A stretch of 64,000 bases of DNA from NCBI GenBank assembly GCA_951406725.2, contig OX597835.1, positions 9,858,001 through 9,922,000 on the forward strand, read 5' to 3'. Both the position numbers and the translations under genes were made by a program. This document shows positions 40,320 to 54,086 of the stretch, one piece after another (position 1 is the stretch's first letter; each line of letters starts with the position of its first letter). The notes below the pieces were generated by a model. The model was not told where the DNA came from. It ran no database searches and saw only the letters and a program-made list of their open reading frames with translations. The DNA comes from Octopus vulgaris. Taxonomy: Eukaryota.

Positions 40320-41175
40320 TGAACAACATGCAATATAGTGATAGCAATTCTATCGATTATAAGACATTACTAAGAATTTGTAGGACAATGGTCATAAGTT
40401 TGAAATTCTGATTTGTAAAATATAACCATCCACAAATTTTATTCCTCTTTGGTGAAATTTTATAGTACCACTTGAATCTAAAGGTGGCCGAAAATATTCT
40501 CAGAATGATACAAACAAGCAGATTCTATCATTGACTGCCAGGTGTTTCCGTGCCAAGCCAAACCAATTTTATATGTCATTTTGGACAACCAGAGTCCTTT
40601 CAAATATACGCATCTTGCATTCGTAAACACCTTTTACTTTCACTTTCACGCAGCTCTCCTGCAGTTTCGTAAAGGTCATGTATGTAGGTATATATATGTA
40701 TCTATGTATGTATAATGGTATCGATGTATGACGTTACGCACGTATGTATATATGGACTGATGGATGTGTGCATGTGTACGTGCGTACACATATGCTGTCA
40801 TTTCAAATTATGTTTGAGCTTTTAAAAGAATGGAACCTTGGAGACAAAGTGAAGAGACCTTCGTGTTTGTGTCAAAGTCATGCATTTCTGTTTACGTGAA
40901 TTGTACGACACCTCTACAGCGTTCTATAAAAATCAAAATAGAGGCCCTCCTGAATTTACCACTATTTCCTTTTTCTCTCTTTCTTTTCTTGGCGGGAGTA
41001 AGGGTGACAAATTACATTAGCTGATTGGTTGAATATAATGATGTGTCTTTCGTTCGAATACGGTGCAACAACATTCACAGGAATCGAATCACCACCACTT
41101 TTCTGTCATCCAAACGTATGCACCAAACTGCAATATACATGCACATATATATATGTATGTATGCATGTATGTATG

Positions 41176-41214
<39 letters not shown>

Positions 41215-41336
41215 GTATACACACACACAAACACACACACATACACATATACATGTATATGTAGATTTATATATATGTATACATATATATATGTATCTGT
41301 ATATTTATATATATACGTGTGTGTGTATGTATACAT

Positions 41337-41418
<82 letters not shown>

Positions 41419-41991
41419 CTTGTAACAGCTTGTGCACTGTTTCTGGCCACCAAATCCTGGTTCATTGGAATGAATAGGCGGAAGAGAGGAAATGAAATTG
41501 AATGCCTCTACCGTGAATCGAAACTGCATAGCCTGATGTCGCATCTGTAACTTTAAGTCGATTACCATATAGCGCTAATGCTAATAAAATTTCTCACCAA
41601 ATGATAGATGGTTCACAAGAATCTCAAAATTTCACTTAATTTGACGCAAAACTGCGTTGACCTTGTCACAGAATCTATCATAATTTCAAACTATCTTCAA
41701 AGTTAAGATGTATTTAGCGGTTATCTGTATTACAGAATGGAATTGATTTCCACATCGTAATGTAATATAAAGTCAGAGAGAAAGAAGATGAAAGTATACA
41801 GGAGCCATATTTATAAAGTAAAAGTTTATAATTGAGTTTATACAATGACAAGATTATATTAGCGAAATGTCTAAAGACGGCAGATTCATTGAAACGGGAG
41901 AGAAAAAAAAGTGCTTGTATGCATTTTTTCCGATGTGTTACGTTCCCTGTTCAAATTCCATGGCGGTGAACTTTGTCGATAAAATATAGTA

Positions 41992-42193
41992 CAGAAGTCT
42001 GAGAACATTCCAAAAACTTAGTCTCCTAAAATAAAATCTCAGAAATGAGGTGAAGTCAACAGTTTTCTGATTAAGTTAAGCACAGTTCTGGGATGGCTAC
42101 CGACTATGAAAATTGCAAAGAAACAGCAACGGTTTGGTACTTGTGTGGTCCTGAGTGTCTGACTCTGCTATGACCATATCCACAATTTGGACA
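41992..42193. repeat. ~200-bp segment duplicated in inverted orientation at 46803-47003
   Basis: CAGAAGTCTGAGAACATTCC...CCACAATTTGGACAA versus reverse complement TTGTCCAAATTGTGG...GTTCTCAAACTTCTG. Confidence 0.85.
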
Positions 42194-42399
42194 ACAAATA
42201 ACGGAGTCGATATAATTGAACGACTACAGACCCAAGCTATCACTAGAACCAAAAACCTGTAAAATCTTCCGGAAGTTTATCGTTTGAGTATACATGTACA
42301 TGTCCAGACATACATAAAACGAAATATACAAATCTGCACATACACTCACTCCAAATACTGCATGTATACACACACACACACACACACACACACAGAGAG

Positions 42400-42590
42400 A
42401 GAGGCAAAAAGACAAGAGACGCAGGAGGAAGGCGCGATTCGCCTCTGACATCACACCAGATGTTACCTTCGCGTGTGGCCACTGCTCACGGACCTGCCTT
42501 TCCCGTATCTAGACTTGTCAGGCATGAGTGTGCATGCACACGACATGGACAGCCTTACTGATCTTCGTTCGCGAAGCCGAGCCGTGATGT
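42400..42590 (+). mobile_element. RTE-clade LINE 3' end
   Basis: KRRRRKAR...TFACGHCSRTCLSRI...HECAC: basic patch plus C2H2-like finger typical of the RTE ORF C-terminus. Confidence 0.7.
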
Positions 42591-42704
42591 CTATATAGTA
42601 TTTATGTATGTACATAGGCAAGTACGTATTTATGCTCGTTTGTATTTATGTATGTACGTATTTGTGTATGTACATAGGCATGTAGGTTTTAATGTTTGTA
42701 AGTG

Positions 42705-43243
42705 TCCTGTTGTACAATTACTCACCCATATTGGAGTACGGGATTCAAGCCTCTTCTCCTTATCTCCTCAAAGACATACAGCATCTCGAAAGAGTCCAGA
42801 AGCTGGCTACCCGCATGGTTCTTGGTCTCAAGCATTTGTCTTATGAAGAAAGGCTGAAGACACTCGACCTTTATTCTCTAGAAAAACGACGACGCCGTGG
42901 TGATCTCATTCTTGCTCACAACATCATAAGCGAAAAGTGTAACCTCCCGAAAGAGCTGTTCTTCACTCCTGCTCCAGAACGTCGGCTGCGGGGTCACTCT
43001 GAAAAGCTCTATCTGCGACGATTTCATCTCAATCGAAGGAGAGGGGCTTTCTCCGTCCGGGTTGCGGATCCGTAGAATAAGCTGCCGGACGAGATAGTGA
43101 AGATGCCGACGACTGCTCGGTTCAAAGTCTCCCTTGACCACAAATTGGCTGAACTCTTTGCATGAACACCACCATGTACATAACTCCATGTCCCCCTACA
43201 TGGCCTTGCTTTTTGCTTTTTGAGCCAAAACATTAACTTAACT
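42705..43243 (+). mobile_element. CR1-clade LINE 3' end (5'-truncated)
   Basis: PILEYGIQASSPYLLKDIQHLERVQKLATRMV.GL..LSYEERLKTLDLYSLEKRRRRGDLI...RGH..KL...FSVRV..*NKLP: classic CR1 ORF2 C-terminus with one premature stop. Confidence 0.9.
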
Positions 43244-43523
43244 ATGTGTGTATGTGTACGTGTGTCTATGTATATGCATGCATGCGTACTTCAAAATATG
43301 TTGGAGGGTATATGTGTATTTCTACCCAGATACTGGTGAATGTCTTGTGCCACTGGTTGGTCATGAGAGAATTTTATGAGCAGAGACAAAAGGAAGCAGC
43401 ACAGATTAGACCCAGTAATTGGATATTTAATCGAATCTAACAAATCCGTCCGTCATCTGCTGCCGTGGGTCCCGATTGACATCACAGGCGTCGCACGATA
43501 CCCTCCTCCACCTCTCTCACACT

Positions 43524-44070
43524 CTCTTCTTCTTCTTCTTCTTCTTCTTCTTCTTCTTCTTCTTCTTCTTCTTCTTCTTCTCCTCCTTCTTCTTCTTCTC
43601 CTTCTTCTTCTCCTTCTTCTTCTTCTCCTTCTTCTTCTTCTTCTTCTTCTCACTCTCTTTTTCTCTTTCGCTTCTCTCTTCTTTTCTCACTCTCCCCTTC
43701 ATACTCTCCCCTTCTCACTTTCTTCTGTCTCCTTGTCCCTCTTTTTCTCTCTCCTCCCTCCTTCTCTCCTCCCTTTCCTCCCTTCTCTCCCCTCCTCTCC
43801 CCCCATTTCTCACCCTTCTCTCTCCCTCTCTCTCTCTTCTCCTTCTTCTTCTTCTTCTTCTTCTTCTCACTCTCTTTTTCTCTTTCGCCTCTCTCTTCTT
43901 TTCTCACTCTCCCCTTCATACTCGCCTCTTCTCACTTTCTTCTCTCTCCTTGTCCCTCTTTTTCTCTCTCCTTCTCCCTCCTTCTCCCTCCTCCTCCCTT
44001 TCCTCCCTTCTCTCCCCTTCTCTCTCCCCATTTCTCACCCTTCTCTCTCTCCCTCTCTCTCTCCCTCTCA
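43524..44070. repeat. (TTC)n plus polypyrimidine tract with a ~215-bp tandem duplication
   Basis: CTCACTCTCTTTTTCTCTTTCGC...CCCATTTCTCACCCTTCTCTC occurs at ~43649 and ~43866. Confidence 0.9.
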
Positions 44071-44348
44071 TATAGTCGAAATGTCCAACGGATTTCTCCT
44101 CAGTTTTACTGTGGAGTTTGGTCAAGTCGTTCAGAAGTTCGATTCGCAATTACGAGGTCTTGGGTTCTATTCCAATAGGTGGCAAATGTTTCCGGTCGAT
44201 CGAAGCCCTTCTGAATGAAATTTCGTAGGCAACAGGTAATGTACAGACACCGATCGAGTGAAATGTATCCGTAATTTAGATATACGAGCTTAACACAGCC
44301 TCTGTTACAGCCTGCATCACTCTCTGTCGACCTCAGAATTATTCTAAA

Positions 44349-44756
44349 CTAGCAGCATAGCCCGGCGTTGCCCGGGTATGTAAGAGCCCCTAGTAGGCAA
44401 CGACTAATCCCAATCTAGTTATTTCCCTCTAGGGAACGAAGGCGCATGTGTAGGTTGCAATGTCTTCTCTTCACTTGAATACTTCTATGTATACGATGTT
44501 CCTAGCTGTCTCCCGACAGAAAATGTGTTGCATATAAAAAGCTTAGATTCTCGACCCCTTGTCGAATTTATCAATTTTTTTCAGAACTGGGGGAACTTTT
44601 CAAACTTTACGCTGCGTCAGTTTTGAATTATGACATTGGGCTATGTGTGTGTCAAGTTTCATCAGAATCGGTTGAAAGCCGTAGTCAGGGTGAGGGTACA
44701 ACCTGACAGCCACACAGACACACAGACAGACAAACTGCCGTTTATATATAGAGAGA
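44349..44756 (-). mobile_element. Non-autonomous Helitron
   Basis: A|CTAGCAGCATAGCCCGGCGTTGCCCGGG...TATAGAGAGA|T. Confidence 0.88.
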
Positions 44757-44944
44757 TATAGACATGCCTGCAGAATACTCGGCCACTTAGATGTTGATTC
44801 AAATGCAGATAATTCAGCTGAACGAACAAATGAATGCTCATTTTCGCAAACGATGAAGATCCTTCTCTTTACAACCACCACATAACAACAGTAGATTGTT
44901 CAACCGACAACGTAACCTATGACCAACCCTTATATAGCAACGAT

Positions 44945-45060
44945 CCGATATTTAGAGGCCCTCAAGTGTTCAACTGTCAACCAATGGACATCAGAACCAT
45001 AAAAGGGGCTTCTGTCGGCACATCTAAGACATCATTGGATGAACTCCTAAGCAACCGAGT
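44945..45060 (+). mobile_element. CR1-like LINE C-terminal fragment
   Basis: FRGPQVFNCQPMDIR...SKTSLDELLS resembles FRGPQLFNILP...FKMKLDLFLS at 56811-57090. Confidence 0.55.
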
Positions 45061-46133
45061 ATACAATGTTTCACTCAAGGAAGACCAGCCGCCAATAACA
45101 CCAACTTCCGGCCATAAAACCTCCAACAAAACTAAAAAGAAAAATTCAAATAAATATATAAAAACATACGAGGCGAGGGTCCTGTTATGCTTGCGGCCCA
45201 TACACTGAAACCCCTAAATGAATAAAAGTGAAGTGAGCTGTGGTGGGCCTATTAATTATCTTGGCCAGATACAGTCCGTGAGTCGTCAACTCCCATTATG
45301 GCAGATATGGGGGCGTTGTTTTATCTTTCACTTGTTTTGTTGTTCCAAACTTATTTAAAATATTTAAAGGAAGTTAAATAAGTTAATTAACAATCGCTAT
45401 ATAATGTGTAATCCTACGTATTCTCACCTCCCTGTAGAGAATGTGTGTACATGTGTATATATGTATGTAGGTTGTGTGTGTGTGTTTAAGTTCTTTGATG
45501 GCAGTTACTATCGCCATTTGAACTACTCTTTCATACAAAATGTGTTATTATTCCCTTTGGTGTGTTTGAAGTATTTCAGCATTAAGCACATTGTCATTTG
45601 AGATGTCACCTTCAGCAGCGAACTCCATACTTCTATTAATAGAGAGTATAGAACAAGAAAGATATTGTCATTTGTAATCACGTGGTGGAACATTCAATGC
45701 TAAGTAGTGAACGTAGAGAGGTTATTAGAAGACAACGCGCACATAACACAGCCTGGCATTAAATGAAACCGGAAAGCTTTGCTGTTAACAATTGCTGACG
45801 TTTTGTCTTTGGGGCACAAATCTCAATTCAATGTATTAAAGATATTTCTAGAAGAAAGGACACAATGGAACAATGTTATTGTGAAATGTTTCGGCCATGT
45901 TTCTTCTCATCAACGACAGCAATCGATTTCAAATTTTGTCCAACGTTTCTGTTGGTTGTCGCCCATAGGAGGGTACTTCATGGTATTGCTGTTGTTTCTG
46001 CTGTTGCTCATAGTAACGATTCAATTATGTTTATTAATTGTTGTTGTTGTTGTTGGTTTCTAGCTGCGATTAGTGCCGCTAAATCAGAACAAAATGTTAT
46101 TCTTTGCTGCTGCTGCTGCTGCTGCTACTACCG

Positions 46134-46183
<50 letters not shown>

Positions 46184-46219
46184 GCTGTTGTTGCTGCTGC
46201 TGCTGCTGCAGTTGCAGTT

Positions 46220-46608
46220 GCTGTTGCTGTTGCACGAACGGTCTTCGTCCCAGAGCTCGCAAGATGAGAGAAGTCCGAAACGCGGCCCTTTGCTATTCTA
46301 TTCGTAAGACCCGCAGAAGAAAGAGAAAGCAGGTCAACCCCCGACACCGAGAGCATCAACGGATGGATGAATGCTCATACAGGCTCAGCGGTTGCGTAGG
46401 AAGTCGGGGACAAGAAACAGGAAGAAAGAGTGAGAGAAAGTTGGAGCGAAAAAGTACAACAGAGGTCGCCACCACCCCCTGCCGGAGCCTCGTGGAGCTT
46501 TAGGTGTCTTCGCTCAATAAACACACATAACGCCCGGTCTGGGAATCGAAACCGCTATCCTCCGACCGCGAGTCCGCTGCCCTAACCATTGGGCCATTGC
46601 GCCTCCAC
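46220..46608 (-). mobile_element. SINE family A, tail type 2, full length
   Basis: Complete tRNA-like head; tail runs into (CAA/CAG)n. Confidence 0.9.
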
Positions 46609-47093
46609 TTGCAGTTGCTGTTCTTGTCAATTTTGTTACTCCTCATGGCTGATCTACAGTTTGTCGTGCAGCCTAGAATTCTATTGCTCTAAATATGCTC
46701 TGGTTTCTTCATGCTAATATTCTTTGCTGTACACTCCAGCAGGCTGTGGTCACAGTTATGCGTCGAAACGTTACAATCTTGTCGACATGTTTTGTCTTGT
46801 CATTGTCCAAATTGTGGATATGGTCATAGCAGAGTCAGACACCCAGGATTACACAAGTACCAGACCGTTGCTGTTTCTTTGCAATTTTCATAGTCGGTAG
46901 CCATCCCAGAACTGTGCTTAACAATCAGAAAACTGTTGACTTCACCTCATTTCTGAGATTTTATTTTAGGAGAGTAAGTTTTTGGAATGTTCTCAAACTT
47001 CTGCGCTATATTTTATTGTTGTTGTGCCTGAAGGTTTACTCTCTCAGCAAAGCTTGGGAACTTTGGAGTCTTCTGCGCCAAAAAAATCATCCG

Positions 47094-47140
<47 letters not shown>

Positions 47141-47142
<2 letters not shown>

Positions 47143-47347
47143 TGGCCGCGTGTGTACCGTTAGCGTTTTTTCCTCTGTCTTCCCTTCTCTGGATCTTTCC
47201 GTTTCCTATGTTTCTGACGAAGAGCTCTGCTCGAAACGTTAAACCCTCCTTCTTCCCTTCCTTCCTGAGCGTCCAATATTACTATATTTGTTCCACGTCC
47301 TCGCGTTGTTGTGTTTTCTCTTTGTGTTTTCACGTTTGGATTAACTA
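47141..47347 (+). mobile_element. Small Penelope-like repeat with hammerhead, copy 1
   Basis: ~200-bp unit between (TA)n tracts; homologous to 47385-47580, 20261-20485 and 1168-1233. Confidence 0.75.
47210..47244 (+). ncRNA. Minimal type I hammerhead ribozyme motif
   Basis: GUUU-CUGACGA-A-GAGC-UCU-GCUC-GAAAC-GUU^AAAC: stem I GUUU/AAAC, intact core, stem II GAGC/GCUC, palindromic ACGU in place of stem III. Confidence 0.7.
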
Positions 47348-47384
47348 TATATATACATACATATAAATATATATATATTTCCAG

Positions 47385-47576
47385 TATGTTGACCTCGTGA
47401 GACCACTCGCATTTTTTCCCCTCTGTCCTCCCACCTCGGGATCTTTCTTTCTCCTATGTTTCCGACGAAGAGCTCCGCTCGAAACGTCATTCTTCCCTTT
47501 TTTCCTGAGCGCCTAATAATACTTTAATTGTTCCACTTTTTGCGTTGTTGTTTTTTTTGTTTTCTTGTTTGGATTA

Positions 47577-47580
<4 letters not shown>
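47385..47580 (+). mobile_element. Small Penelope-like repeat with hammerhead variant, copy 2
   Basis: GTTT-CCGACGA-A-GAGC-TCC-GCTC-GAAAC-GTC at 47458-47488. Confidence 0.7.
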
Positions 47581-47656
<76 letters not shown>

Positions 47657-49046
47657 GGTTACCTTTATTTTTTGTATTCATCTTCCGTTGTATAAAAATC
47701 CTAGTAAAGATGTGATGTATGTGCAGCCTGCCATGATGCAAAATGCGCTGCTTTTTTAATCTTTATATTTTATCGTAGGTTGCTATGGAGATATTAGAAG
47801 CCGAGGCAAGGTTGGTAGAACATGAGACGAATCAGATATTTTGTTTTTACACCTTTGCTCTTGCGTTTCATCTCTGATTGCCAAGTGTGGAAGATATGGC
47901 TATTTGCAGTATGTTTGTGTTCCATTAATTGTGTTACCTGTGCCTGTCATTAATGATGAGAAAGAGTTCTAATTACAGTATTATGTACTGTGTGTGTGTG
48001 TGTGTGTGTGTGTTTATAGTGTTGAAATTGATGTATGGCTTTGTTTCGTGTTCCCCGGCGATGATGATACGAACAAAGGTGATGGATATGGCAGGTAACC
48101 CTTTAACTCTGTTGTCTTGGGTCTGCATTTATAGATTATTGATGTGAACTTTGAAGTGATATTCGTCTGGCTTCAAGGTGGGATAGATGAACATGAGAAA
48201 GGTGACAGACACATTATGGCAGGTAGACAAAAAGGAGATGAGAACATGGTGCAGAGGTAGCGGGTAGTAGCGAGATGGCTAACAGTGTCATGCAGGTCAT
48301 GGTGGTTAGTTTGCAAGATTTGTCGTTCAGGAAATAAGTAGGAAATCGGTAGAACCTGTCGCCTCAGGTGTTACCTGGATTATCCTTATACCACGATCTA
48401 TTGCATTCATTGAAATGTTCACCATTTATATTATTTAGTTACGCTGGTATTCATTGTGAATGCGTCGACTTTGACATTGGGGATGGTGTCATGTTGTTAA
48501 CGAAAATGCTTAGCACGACGGTTTTAAGGCAGTGGTTTTGGTGGTGGTGGTGGTGGTGGTGGTTTTGGTGATGGGTGAGTGGGTGGAGACGGTAGTGTTA
48601 TTTTTGTGATGGTAAAGTCAGTGGTGATAGAATTGTTAAAAGCAGTTGACGCTTTTACTGAGAAAGCCTATGAAAAATTCATTCCAAATATGACCATCCC
48701 TTCTTCTAGCATCACTACGTAGTTTTTTAGTGTCTCATTTCATAAACTTGTGTGATTTGAGAATGGTGTGGCTGTTATTTCTAGCAGATCAAACATGTGT
48801 GATGCCTTATTATTTCTGTAGTTAATAGTAATGAAAGGAAAGCCATATTTTAGATTGAAAGGCTGCCTTAGGAAGGAATGGAAGAAAATTAGGGTCTTGA
48901 CCCTTTCTTTATCTATCAATATAAGTGTGTGTGCGTATTTATACATACATACATACATATACATAATGTGTATGTATATATATATATATTTATGTTTGTG
49001 TATGTATGTATGTATTTATATATGTGTGTATATATATATATATATT

Positions 49047-49130
<84 letters not shown>

Positions 49131-49827
49131 TATATATATGTATGAAACGAGGCGGTTGCAATTAAATATATCCAGTGCTCTATGATATGGAAAATGGGAA
49201 AATGTAGGAGTCGATGCAGTTATTTCCGTTATCTCTCTATATACATCTTCGGTGATTTTCCTCTCCCTCTCCCCTTTCTCTCTCTTTCCCTTTCTCTCTC
49301 TCTCCTTCTTTTACTTTCCTTCTCTCTTTCGATTTTAAACTTTATTTCCTTCTCTCTTTGCTTTCTCTCTTCCCATTTACCTAAATACTGGAATATATAT
49401 GAAAGCCTATGAAAAATACATTCTAAATATGACCATATATGCGTTGTTATCACGGTTCTTGGTACACCCAAGTCAGCGCTCTGATGGAACAGGCCTACGG
49501 TAAACGTCTTGACAGCCAAGTCGACGCGTGTATGCTTACAAACATACACACGCTCAATGGAAGCAATGGAACACTACTATTATGAAATGTTTCGGCCATG
49601 TTTCTTTTCTTCAAAGACAAAAATCGATTTCAAATTTTGTCCAACGTTTCTGTATATTATAAGTAACCCGCACCGTACCCCACGGGGAGGTACTTATATC
49701 GTTGTTGTTTCGGTTGTTTTTTCATAGGAATGCTTCAATTATGTGCATAAGTTCTTGTTGGTGGTTTGTAGCAGCGATCAGTGCAGTTAAACCAGATGTT
49801 AAGTCGTTGATCTTACTGTTGCTGCTG

Positions 49828-50726
49828 TCTTCTTCTCCTTCTTCTTCTTCTTCTTCTTCTTCTTCTTCTTCTTCTTCTTCTTTTTCTTCTTCTTCTTATT
49901 CTTCTTCCTCCTCTTCTTCTTCTTCTTCTTCTTCTCCTTCCTCTTCTTCTTCTTCTCCTCCTTCTTCTTCTTCCTCCTCCTCCTCCTCTTTTCCTTCTTC
50001 TTCTTCCACTTCTTCTTCCTCCTCCTCCTCCTCTTTTCCTTCTTCTTCTTCCACTTCTTCTTCCTCCTCCTCCTCTTCTTCTCCTTCTTCTTCCACTTCT
50101 TCTTCCTCCTCCTCCTCTTCTTCTTCTTCCACTTCTTCCCCTTCTTCTCCTCCTTCTTCTTCTTCCTCCTCCTCCTCTTCTCCTTCTTCTTCTTCCACTT
50201 CGTCTTCCTCCTCCTCCTCTTCTCCTTCTTCTTCTTCCACTTCGTCTTCCTCCTCCTCCTCTTCTCCTTCTCCTTCTCCTTCTTCTTCTTCCACTTCTTC
50301 CTCCTCCTCCTCCTCCTCTTCTTCTCCTTCTTCTTCTTCCACTTCTTCTTCCTCATCCTCCTCCTCTTCTTCTTCTTCTTCCACTTCTTCTCCTCCTTCT
50401 TCTCCTCCTCCTTCTTCTTCTTCTTCCACTTCTTCTCCTCCTTCTTCTCCTCCTCCTTCTTCTTCTTCTTCCACTTCTTCTCCTCCTTCTTCTCCTCCTC
50501 CTTCTTCCACTTCTTCTTCCTCCTCCTCCTCCTCTTCTCTCCTTCTTCTTCTTCCACTTCTTCTTCCTCCTCCTCTTCTTCTTCTTCCACTTCTTCTTCT
50601 TCTTCTTCCACTTCTTCTTCTCCTCCTTCTTCTTCTCCTCCTTCTTCTTCTTCCCCTTCTTCTTCTTTGTCTTCTTCTTCTTCTTCTTCTTCTTCTTCTT
50701 CTTCTTCTTCTTCTTCTTCTTCTTCT
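49828..50726. repeat. (TTC/TCC)n polypyrimidine tract with higher-order repeats
   Basis: Direct reading; recurrent CCAC interruptions. Confidence 0.95.
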
Positions 50727-51207
50727 AATCAGGACTCACGCCATTAGTCACAAAGAATAATCTCTAGTTCGAGCCTACTCTAAGCTACTAAGAATGCATG
50801 TGGCAACTTGAAGATCCACCCACCACACGCGATAGACTGGCGTTTGCACGGGCGCGGAAGTTATGTTGTTATCCTCATTCCGTAAACGGTGGCTTTTTAA
50901 CGGGTGGAGAGCTGAACCATCCTGGGGTGCAGAGGATTCGCAGTCTAGACTAGGGTCTGAAAGTTTACCACATCATAGTGGGTTACACCATGGTTCCTCT
51001 GCTTTGTGGCAGAAGTAGGAAGAAAGAGTGAGAGAAAGTTGTGGTGAAAGAGTACAGCGGTGTTCACCACCACCGCCCGCCGGAGTCTCGTGGAGTTTAG
51101 GTGTTTTTGCTCAATAAACACTCACAATGATCGGTCTGGAAATCGAAACCGCGTTCTTATGATCGAGAGACCGCTGCCCTAACCACTGGGCCATTTGCGC
51201 CTCCACT
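50727..51207 (-). mobile_element. SINE family A, tail type 4, ending in (GAA)n
   Basis: A head at 51015-51207 followed on the minus strand by a ~290-bp distinct tail running into the (GAA)n tract. Confidence 0.7.
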
Positions 51208-51372
51208 TGTTGCTTATGTTGCTGTTGGTGTTGCCGTTGTTGTTGTTATCGCGGTTGTCGCTTACGTTACTCCAGAAGTCGATTCTGTTCCACAATTTGG
51301 CAAATAGTAAGGATGCAACAAACTCATCCTTCCGAATATATATATCCTGGTGGTCTTTAGTTTTTCGTATAA

Positions 51373-51756
51373 GTGGAGGCGCAATGGCCCAGTGGTTAGG
51401 GCAGCGGACTCGCGGTCATAGGATCGCGGTTTCGATTCCCAGACCGGGCGTTGTGAGTGTTTATTGAGCGAAAACACCTAAAAGCTCCACGAGGCTCCAG
51501 GAGGGGATGGTGGTGATCCCTGCTGTACTCTTTCACCACAACTTTCTCTCACTCTTTCTTCCTGTTTCTGTTGTACATGTATTTCAAAGGGCCAGCCTTG
51601 TCACATTCTGTGTCACGCTGAATCTCCTCGAGAACTACATTAAGGGTACACGTGTCTGTGGAATGCTCTGCCACTTGCACGTTAATTCCACGAGCAAGCT
51701 GTTCCGTTGATCGTATCAGGTGGGACCCTCATCGTCGTAACCGACGGAGTGCTCCA
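51373..51756 (+). mobile_element. SINE family A, tail type 1, full length
   Basis: TSD AGTTTTTCGTAT on both sides. Confidence 0.9.
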
Positions 51757-52106
51757 TGAAGTTTTTCGTATTCATCTTCCGTTGTATAAAAATCCCAGTA
51801 AAGATGTTATGTATGTGCAACCTGCCATGATGCAAAATGCACTGCTTTTAAACTTTATATTTTATCGTAGGTTGTTATGGAGATATCAGAAGCCGAGGCC
51901 AAGGCTGATGGAATATGAGACGAATCAGATATTTTGTTTTTACACCATTGCAATTGGGTCCTACCTCTGTTGGCCAAATGTGAAAGATATGGCTATTTGC
52001 AATATGCTTGTATTCCATTTATCTTTCTTTATTATGCCACCTGTATCTGTTATTAATGATGAGTATGTGTTCTAAATACAAGCATTATTATATTTCATTT
52101 GTGTGT

Positions 52107-52165
<59 letters not shown>

Positions 52166-52166
52166 A

Positions 52167-52232
<66 letters not shown>

Positions 52233-52679
52233 ATAGTGTTGAAATTGATGTATGGCTTTGTTTCGTGTTCTCCGGTGATGATGATACGAACAAAGGTCAT
52301 GGATGTGGCAGGTAACCCTTTAACTCTGTTGTCTTGAGTCTGCATTTATAGATTATTGATGTAAACTTTGAAGTGATATTCGTCTGGCTTCAAGGTGGGC
52401 TAGATGAACAGAAGAAAGGTGACAGACAGACTTTGGTAGGTAGAGAAAAGGGGATGAGAACATGGTACAGAGGTAGCGGGTAGTAGCGGGATGGCTAACA
52501 GTGCTGAACAAAGAGTGTTGTATGCGAAAGAATTATGGTATCTAGGTTGCGAGTCGTGCTGACATTTGTCGTTCAGGAAGAGTTATTTTTATACCAAGGT
52601 GGTACAATATTCATTAAGGTGTTAACCAATTATTTATTTACGCTGGTATTGGTCGTATTTCGTCGTTGTTGTTGTTGTT

Positions 52680-52846
52680 GTTGCTGTTGCTGTTGAGCGA
52701 AGCGGTCTTCAGTGGGAGAAGTCCGAGACGTGGTCCTTTGCTATTCGTAATCCCACAGAAGAAAAAGCAGGTCAACCTCCGACACCGAGACCATCGACGG
52801 ATGGATGAATGCGCATCCAGGCTCAGCGGTTGCGTAGGAAGTCGGA
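52680..52846 (-). mobile_element. SINE family A tail type 2 fragment within (TTG)n
   Basis: Matches 46235-46410. Confidence 0.75.
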
Positions 52847-52867
52847 GATGCTGTTGCTGTCGTTGTT

Positions 52868-52995
<128 letters not shown>

Positions 52996-53290
52996 GGTTG
53001 TTGGCGTGGTGGTGGTGACGGTGGTGGTGGTTGCAGTGGTGGTGGTGTTATTTTTGCGACGGTAATGTTAGTGGTGATGGAATTATTATTAAAAGCCGTT
53101 GACCCTTTTACTGAGAAAGCCGTTGAGAAAATACATTCCAAATATGACCATCCCTTCTTCTGGCTTCACTACGTATTTTTCAGTGTCTCCTTTTCTAAAC
53201 TTTCTAAAGGCTGCCTTAGGAATGGAAGAAAATTAGGGTCTTGACCCCTTCTTTATCTATCAATATAAGTGTGTGTGCGTATATATACAT

Positions 53291-53665
53291 AGGCGCAGGA
53301 GTGGCTGTGTGGTAAGTAGTTTGCTTTCCAACCACATGGTTCCGGGTTCAGTCCCAAAGCGTGGCACCTTGGGGAAGCGTCTTTTATTATAGCCTCAGGC
53401 CGACCAAAGCCTTGTGAGTTGATTTAGTAGACGGAAACTGAAAGAAGCCTGTCGTATATATATGTGTGTGTTTGTTTGACACCAACCGTCGCTTGAAAAC
53501 CGATGTTGGTGTGTTTGCATCCCCATTGCTGAGCGATTCGGCAATAGAGATCGATAGAATAAGTACAAAGCTTACAAAGTCCTGGGGTCAATTTGTTCGA
53601 CTAAAGGCGGTGCTCCAGTATGGCCGCAATCAAATGACTGAAACAAGTAAGAGAATAAAAGAATA
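53291..53665 (+). mobile_element. Family C SINE, full length
   Basis: AGGCGCAGGAGTGGCTGTGTGGTAAG...GGGTTCAGTCCC head; tail ...GAAACAAGTAAGAGAATAAAAGAATA. Confidence 0.9.
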
Positions 53666-53682
53666 CACACACATACACACAT

Positions 53683-53739
<57 letters not shown>

Positions 53740-53964
53740 TTCTATACTTCCGACATATATTTCGAAGAAAACATTGGTATTATTCTAGAAGGAATAAGAT
53801 CATGTGATATAATGCAATCGTCTCAACCGGGATAAAAGAAAAGAACGATACCAAACACATGGACAAGACATTTTAGCAGAATGTGATGACTGCGTACATG
53901 ATGAAGAGAACGCAGACGATTCGCTTCACCCCTGGAATTTCTACCTTTGTAAGTAGGCTGTTAC

Positions 53965-54086
53965 ATCCTTGGTACCTGTGTGGATTTTTGCTACCCTGGT
54001 AACTATTTATTTCTACCACTCATATATATATATGAGTGGTAGAAATAAATAGTTACCAGGGTAGCAAAAATCCACACAGGTACCAA

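Noticed and set aside
47779-47908. Candidate exon in the duplicated block (TTTTATCGTAG acceptor)
   Set aside because: In-frame stop in the best frame and an indel between the two paralogues; no recognisable product.
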